A stretch of DNA of 64,000 nucleotides, taken from NCBI GenBank assembly GCA_016192685.1, contig JACPTS010000001.1:311647-375646 (forward strand). The letters run 5' to 3'. Below, in pieces: positions 58,481-64,000 of the stretch. The stretch is from Candidatus Harrisonbacteria bacterium. Its GTDB lineage: Bacteria; Patescibacteriota; Minisyncoccia; UBA6257; 02-FULL-45-10c. The first letter of the stretch is position 1. Each line of letters starts with the position of its first letter. The position numbers and the translations under genes were made by a program. Below the pieces are notes generated by a model, which made no database searches, had not been told where the DNA came from, and was given only the letters and a program-made list of their open reading frames with translations.

Positions 58481-59593
58481 TTAAATAGTCAGATTTCCTT
58501 GCGCTTCAATTTTAAGGCGTTTTTTGTTTTTTTGGAGAAGATTGATATACGCGGCGGCGGCGATCATGGCGGCATTGTCGGTGTTAAATTCAAAATCCGG
58601 CACAACAAAATTTAGTCGTAAGTCGTTAGTCATTTGTCGTAAGTTGTCGCGAAGCTGTTTGTTTGCCGATACTCCGCCGCAAAGAAGAACTGATTTGGCC
58701 CGGTACTCTTCCGTTGCCCGGATAGCTTTTTTTACTAAAACATCAATAACTGCTTGCTGGAAAGAGGCGGCCACATCAGCTTTTTTTACTTTTGGATTAT
58801 CGCGGAGGTAGTAAAGCACAGAAGTTTTCAATCCGGAAAAACTGAATTCATAGCCGGGTTTATTTAGCATCGGCCGGGGAAATTTTATTGCTTTAGGATC
58901 TCCCCTGGCAGCTAATTTTTGTATTTCCGGGCCGCCGGGATATGGCAAATTCAGCATTCTTGCCACTTTATCAAATGCCTCGCCGGCGGCGTCATCCAAT
59001 GTTTCGCCGAGTTTAGTCCATTTATTGATGGCAGTCATATGGAGTAAAATTGTATGCCCGCCGCTTACGATTAAAGCGATAGCGGGAAATTTGATTTTTG
59101 GAATTATGAATTTGGAATCAGGAATTATGGAATTTTTTTCTTTTCCCCTAATACCTAATACCTTATTCCTTATTCCTTCTATTCGAACTGGAAGCCAGTT
59201 CGAATAGAGGTGTCCCTTCATATGATTTACGCCGATTAGCGGCTTTTTTAATTTCTTTGCCAGTTCTTCGGCAAAATTGATTCCAGTCCAAAGCGCCGGC
59301 TCTAATCCGGGGCCAACGGTCACAGCAAGGTAGTCAATTGTTGTCTTTTGTTGTTTGTTGTTTGTTGTCTTAAGAATTTGCCGTAAAACTATAGGCAAAT
59401 TCTTAAGGTGTTCCCGTTTAGCTAAATTGGGGACTACGCCGCCAAATGGACGGTGAATCGGAATTTGGGAAGAAACGATATTTTTTAAAATTTTAAATCG
59501 CGGCGATTTCAGCGTGCCGTTGGCTTTTAATAAAGCCATAGAAGTTTCATCACAGCTGGTTTCGATGGATAAAAGGGTCTTTGCCTTAGACAT
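58481..59593 (-). CDS. tsaD: tRNA N6-threonylcarbamoyltransferase TsaD
   Basis: IETSCDET, GGVVP, VNHMKGH, SGGHT, DDAAGEAFDK, FSFSGLK, TDNAAMIA. Confidence 0.97.
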   Translation of the reverse strand: MSKAKTLLSIETSCDETSMALLKANGTLKSPRFKILKNIVSSQIPIHRPFGGVVPNLAKREHLKNLPIVLRQILKTTNNKQQKTTIDYLAVTVGPGLEPALWTGINFAEELAKKLKKPLIGVNHMKGHLYSNWLPVRIEGIRNKVLGIRGKEKNSIIPDSKFIIPKIKFPAIALIVSGGHTILLHMTAINKWTKLGETLDDAAGEAFDKVARMLNLPYPGGPEIQKLAARGDPKAIKFPRPMLNKPGYEFSFSGLKTSVLYYLRDNPKVKKADVAASFQQAVIDVLVKKAIRATEEYRAKSVLLCGGVSANKQLRDNLRQMTNDLRLNFVVPDFEFNTDNAAMIAAAAYINLLQKNKKRLKIEAQGNLTI

Positions 59594-59622
59594 GCCGTAA
59601 GAAAGTATTTTATCTTTTTATT

Positions 59623-59700
59623 TGGTAGTGCCATCGGGATTCGAACCCGAGTTTCCTCCGTGAAAGGGAGGCGTCCTAGGCCAGGCTAGACGATGGCACC
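59623..59700 (-). tRNA. tRNA-Glu(TTC)
   Basis: CCTCC-CTTTCAC-GGAGG anticodon arm; encoded CCA. Confidence 0.95.
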
Positions 59701-59753
59701 ATTAACAATTGTAATATTATACACTATACTAAAAATATAAGGCAAATTAACCT

Positions 59754-60155
59754 ATGATTCCAGTATTATTAGTTTTCAGTAATCAGGCGCTTTTAGTTTT
59801 AAGGGTGGTAGTTGGTTTAATTTTTGTCGCGCACGGCTGGCCGAAGTTAAAAAATTTAAAAGGCACGCAGGCCTGGTTTGGCTCGGTTGGTTTTAAGCCA
59901 GGCTGGCTATGGGGAACTTTAGCGGCTTTGTTGGAAGGAGTTGGCGGACCGCTCATAATCGTCGGTTTTGGCACTCAACCGTTCAGTTTCCTGCTGGCGA
60001 TTCAAATGTTGGTGGCGGCGATTTGGCAAAAAAGACAGGGCAAGAATTTTTCCGGCGGTTATGAACTAGATTTGCTTTTAGTTGCGGCTTTATTAGTGCT
60101 TGCCGCTACTGGCGGCGGCACTATTTCTCTGGAAGGATATTTTAGATTAATCTAG
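59754..60155 (+). CDS. DoxX family membrane protein
   Basis: LR...G..F..HG..KL, E..GG, GYE..L, G.G..SL. Confidence 0.88.
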   Translation: MIPVLLVFSNQALLVLRVVVGLIFVAHGWPKLKNLKGTQAWFGSVGFKPGWLWGTLAALLEGVGGPLIIVGFGTQPFSFLLAIQMLVAAIWQKRQGKNFSGGYELDLLLVAALLVLAATGGGTISLEGYFRLI

Positions 60156-61625
60156 ATGATCCGCTTTTTTGATGTTTTACCCGGAGCGTTTTCCTGGGGA
60201 ACGCTTTTTTTAATAGTTTTTTTATCTTGGCAAAAACCGGTTTGGATTGCCATTTTTATTATTTTATTTGATATTTATTGGCTTTTAAAATCTCTTTATC
60301 TTTCTTTGCATTTGCGGGCCGCTTTTAAAAAAATGCGGCAGCATTTAAAAATTGCTTGGCGGGAACGGCTGGCGATTTTTGCCCACTGGAAAGAAATTCA
60401 TCATTTGGTAATTTTGCCGATGGCCGATGAGCCTTATGAGGTAATTAAGGATTCTTTTCAAAGTTTGCGGAAGTGCGATTATCCGAAAGAAAAATTGCTT
60501 TTGGTACTTGCCATTGAGGAGCGGGCCGGAGAGAAAGCGAAGAAAATTGCCGCTCAAATCCAGAAAGAATTTTCCGAATTTTTCCCCTGGCTGATTATTA
60601 CGGAGCATCCGGCCAATTTAGCTGGCGAGATTCCGGGCAAGGGCTCTAATGAAACTTGGGCCGCCAAAGAAGCAAAAAAATTATTGGTTGATAAATTAAA
60701 AATTCCTTATGAAAATGTTTTGGTTTCGGTTTTTGACGCGGACACCCAGGTTTATCCGGAATATTTCGGCTGTCTGGCTTATCATTTTCTGACCGCCGAA
60801 AAACCACAGCGCTCCAGTTATCAGCCGGTTCCTCTTTTTATAAATAACATTTATCAGGCGCCGGCACTGGCGCGGATTATTTCTTTTTCCGCGACTTTTT
60901 GGCAGATGATGCAGCAGTCCCGGCCGGAACGGCTGACCACCTTTTCTTCTCACGCCATGCCCTTTAAAGCATTGACAGAAATTGGTTACTGGCAAAAAGA
61001 TATTGTTTCGGAGGATTCCAGAATTTTTTGGCAATGTTATCTGCATTATAATGGTGATTGGCAAGCGGTGCCGCTTTTTTACCCGGTTTCCATGGACGCC
61101 AATTCGGCCCCGAGTTTTTGGCAAACGCTTTTGAATTTGTATAAGCAACAGCGGCGTTGGGCGTGGGGAGTAGAAAATATTCCTTATCTTTTGGACGGTT
61201 TTAGAAAAAATAAGTTAATTTTAATCCGTTCCAAAATTTATTGGACCTTTCAGATTATTGAGGGTTTTCATTCCTGGGCGACCAATTCACTGATTATTTT
61301 TTCTTTGGGCTGGCTGCCGATTTTAATTGGAACGGCCGATTTTAATCAGAGCGTCCTTTCTTATAATTTGCCGGCAATTACCAGAAATATTATGATGTTC
61401 GCGAGCATTGGCATTGCCAGTTCGGCGATTTTAAGCATTATGCTGCTTCCGCCGAAACCGGAAGGAATAAGGCGGCGCCATTATCTTTTTTATCTTATCC
61501 AATGGGCGCTTCTGCCCCTTACTTTGATATTATTCGGTTCTATTCCCGCTCTTGAAGCTCAGACTCGTTTAATGCTTGGCGGCAAATGGCGATTGGGTTT
61601 TTGGGTTACTCCCAAAAACCGTTAG
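60156..61625 (+). CDS. membrane-bound family 2 glycosyltransferase
   Basis: GKGSN, FDAD, SED, QQRRW motif; flanking TM helices. Confidence 0.88.
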   Translation: MIRFFDVLPGAFSWGTLFLIVFLSWQKPVWIAIFIILFDIYWLLKSLYLSLHLRAAFKKMRQHLKIAWRERLAIFAHWKEIHHLVILPMADEPYEVIKDSFQSLRKCDYPKEKLLLVLAIEERAGEKAKKIAAQIQKEFSEFFPWLIITEHPANLAGEIPGKGSNETWAAKEAKKLLVDKLKIPYENVLVSVFDADTQVYPEYFGCLAYHFLTAEKPQRSSYQPVPLFINNIYQAPALARIISFSATFWQMMQQSRPERLTTFSSHAMPFKALTEIGYWQKDIVSEDSRIFWQCYLHYNGDWQAVPLFYPVSMDANSAPSFWQTLLNLYKQQRRWAWGVENIPYLLDGFRKNKLILIRSKIYWTFQIIEGFHSWATNSLIIFSLGWLPILIGTADFNQSVLSYNLPAITRNIMMFASIGIASSAILSIMLLPPKPEGIRRRHYLFYLIQWALLPLTLILFGSIPALEAQTRLMLGGKWRLGFWVTPKNR

Positions 61626-61642
61626 TAAATTTTTTCAGTCGG

Positions 61643-63775
61643 CTATTCTAAATGAATTGCTTTTTGGAACTCTTCAAATTTTTTGGCGAGCAATGGATGA
61701 TTTTTAAATTCCGGATCGTTGGAAATAATTTCTTTGGCCGCGTCGCGGGCGGTTTTTACCAGTTGGATATCTTTTAGGGCGTCCATAGCCACATCCGGCA
61801 GACCGGCTTGGCTTTCGCCCAAAAATTGGCCCGGGCCGCGGATCTGTAAATCCATTTCGGCAAGTTCAAAACCATTTTTAGCGGTAATCAAATAATTTAA
61901 TCTTTTTCGGGTATTCCCCGAATCCGAATCAGTAAAAAGCAGGCAAAAAGATTGATGATTGCTTCGGCCAACCCGGCCGCGGAATTGATAAAGCTGGGCA
62001 AGACCAAATCGATCCGCCCCTTCAATTATCATAATGGCGGCATTAGGAACATCTACCCCGACTTCAATGACAGAGGTGGAAACCAAAAGGTCATATTTCC
62101 GTTCCTGAAAATTTTTCATAATCTGGTCTTTTTCCTTGCCCTTCATTTTGCCGTGCAGCATTATTACCCGCAGATCCGGAAAAACCTTTTTGGATAATTT
62201 TTCAAATTCTTCTTTAACTGATTTTAATTCCAGCGCTTTCTTTTTTGCCTCGCTTAGAATTTCCCCTTCTTTTATTGCCCCCGGTTCTATGCGGGGACAG
62301 ATAACAAAAGCCTGCCGGCCCTTTTTAATTTGTTCGCGGATAAAATCATAAGCCTTTTGCCGATTTTCCGGAGCAACGATTTTGGTGACGATTTCTTTTC
62401 TTCCGGCCGGCAATTCGGTGATAGTGGAAAGATCCAGGTCGCCGAAAACCGTTAAAGAAAGAGTGCGGGGTATGGGCGTGGCGGACATACTAAGAAAGTG
62501 GGGGATCGGCTGATTGGCCAGTTCATTATTTTCTTGGTCTTGAAGAGCGGCGCGCTGTTTAACGCCAAAACGATGCTGTTCGTCCACGATGGCTAAAGCC
62601 AAATTTTTAAATTTAACGCCTTTTTGAATAACGGCGTGAGTGCCGATAATAATTTTCACCTGGCCATCCGCAATGGCTTTCAGAAGCAGGGTTTTAGAAA
62701 TTTTAGCCGGGGTAAGTTCGGTTTTGCCGGCAGTAAGAAGCGCAATGCCATCGGAGAAATTGGGAAAAATTTTAGAAATGGTGCGATAATGCTGGCCAGC
62801 CAGCACTTCGGTTGGCGCCATAAAGGCGGTTTGTAAATTATTTTCCGCGGTAAAAATCGCGGCCAGAGCGGCAATAACCGTTTTGCCGGAGCCGACATCG
62901 CCCTGAAGCAAGCGGTTCATCGGCCGCGGCTTTTGAAGGTCGGCGAGAATTTCTTTTAAACTTTGTTTTTGGGAATCAGTCAGCTGGAACGGCAAACTGC
63001 CGGTTAGTTTCGCCAGTTTATCTTGATTGATGGCCAGCGGCAGAGCGTTTTTTCCCGCCAACCGCGTTTTAATTTTTAAGTTGTTTAATTGGAGTAAAAA
63101 TAAATCCTCAAAGGCGAATCTTTTTTTAGCCGATTCGGCATCGTTCGGCTGAAGCGGGAAATGAATCCGTTTCAGGGCAAGATTGAGAGCCGGCAATTTA
63201 TTTTCTTTTAAAATTTCTTCGGGCAGGAAATCTTCCAGCGGATCCAAGCTTTTTAAAATTGGTTTTATGAGATAGCGGAGGCCTTTGGAGGTAAGGCCGC
63301 GAGTTTCCGGATAAATAGGAATTAAACCCGCGGTGTGCTTAGTTTCCCCGCGGCCCATAGCGCCGATCTGCTCATAAGACGGGCTGGCCAGATAAATTTC
63401 TCTTTTGGAGCCGGTAATTTTTCCGGCAAAATTATAGCGCCCGCCTTCACGAAGGATATTATTTACGTACGGCTGATTAAACCAGACGGCTTTGATGCCG
63501 CCGGTTTCATCCACGATAATCGCCTCGGTGATTAAAAGATTTTTTTTCCAGGTGCGGCGGGTGGCAATTTGATTGATCGTGCCCTGGACAGTGGCTGACT
63601 GGTTAATTTGGAGTTCGCCGATCGGAGCTATTCTGGAGTAATCTTCATAGCGGAAAGGAAAATGCCAAAGCAGGTCTTTGACGGTTATAATGCCGAGTTT
63701 TTTTAACCGGGCGGTGAATTTCAGGCCAATGCCCGGTATGGCGCCAAGTTCAGTTGAAAGCAAAATGCCAGCCAT
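61643..63775 (-). CDS. recG: ATP-dependent DNA helicase RecG
   Basis: wedge domain, MNRLLQGDVGSGKT, DEQHRFGV, SATPIPRTL, QFRGRVGR. Confidence 0.97.
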   Translation of the reverse strand: MAGILLSTELGAIPGIGLKFTARLKKLGIITVKDLLWHFPFRYEDYSRIAPIGELQINQSATVQGTINQIATRRTWKKNLLITEAIIVDETGGIKAVWFNQPYVNNILREGGRYNFAGKITGSKREIYLASPSYEQIGAMGRGETKHTAGLIPIYPETRGLTSKGLRYLIKPILKSLDPLEDFLPEEILKENKLPALNLALKRIHFPLQPNDAESAKKRFAFEDLFLLQLNNLKIKTRLAGKNALPLAINQDKLAKLTGSLPFQLTDSQKQSLKEILADLQKPRPMNRLLQGDVGSGKTVIAALAAIFTAENNLQTAFMAPTEVLAGQHYRTISKIFPNFSDGIALLTAGKTELTPAKISKTLLLKAIADGQVKIIIGTHAVIQKGVKFKNLALAIVDEQHRFGVKQRAALQDQENNELANQPIPHFLSMSATPIPRTLSLTVFGDLDLSTITELPAGRKEIVTKIVAPENRQKAYDFIREQIKKGRQAFVICPRIEPGAIKEGEILSEAKKKALELKSVKEEFEKLSKKVFPDLRVIMLHGKMKGKEKDQIMKNFQERKYDLLVSTSVIEVGVDVPNAAIMIIEGADRFGLAQLYQFRGRVGRSNHQSFCLLFTDSDSGNTRKRLNYLITAKNGFELAEMDLQIRGPGQFLGESQAGLPDVAMDALKDIQLVKTARDAAKEIISNDPEFKNHPLLAKKFEEFQKAIHLE

Positions 63776-63863
63776 ATTTAAGATGTGTATATTATATCAA
63801 GGATTTTACTAAAGCAATAGGTTGAAAAACTTAACCTTATTGTGATATTTTAAATACAAAAGA

Positions 63864-63936
63864 GCATCCCTAGCTCAATTGGCAGAGCAGATCCCTCTTA
63901 AGGATAAGGTTCTGGGTTCGAGACCCAGGGGATGCA
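63864..63936 (+). tRNA. tRNA-Lys(CTT)
   Basis: GCATCCC acceptor; anticodon loop CTCTTAA; GTTCGAG T-loop. Confidence 0.92.
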
Positions 63937-64000
63937 CAAAACTAAAGCTTCCCTTTTGATTTTTTGACAATTAGGTGTTCTAGGGCAAAGAAGATAATTA

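Noticed and set aside
63778-63803. dif-like site (TGTATATTATATCAA)
   Set aside because: Only a partial match to the XerD arm with no XerC arm; better explained as the AT-rich recG/tRNA promoter region.

Overview
This window looks like a chromosomal segment of a Patescibacteria (CPR, Parcubacteria-like) bacterium. The assignment is inferred from the short IF2, the tandem TrbC/VirB2-like pilins, tRNA-Ile(UAU), CPR-type hypothetical proteins and the compact gene layout. The backbone is housekeeping: pnp, rpsO, a Xer-like recombinase, rbfA-infB, arfB, ddl, nusA, hppA, tig-clpP, tyrS, ftsH, rpsA, gyrA, glnII, valS, tsaD, recG and 10 tRNAs. Several features are not explained by these genes. (1) Seven dispersed copies of a 140-170 nt element keep invariant junction motifs while their stems covary; some copies are nested in older ones and two inverted pairs bracket ORFan genes. 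(2) A stand-alone wHTH plus Cas2-like (PaaX-type) gene is flanked symmetrically by two near-identical 32-36 bp CGATCG-centred palindromes, and other long CGATCG-centred palindromes sit inside two of the structured repeats. (3) Mini-hairpins, a perfect palindrome and 7/9-mer arrays are inserted in frame in essential genes. (4) Two LAGLIDADG-type genes are bracketed by their own motifs or by tRNA fragments. (5) A threonine operon has a leader-peptide attenuator and an AroK-like kinase where thrB is expected. (6) Three proteins resemble outer-membrane beta-barrels although the lineage is presumed monoderm. No database searches were run, so all family calls come from recognising motifs by eye.
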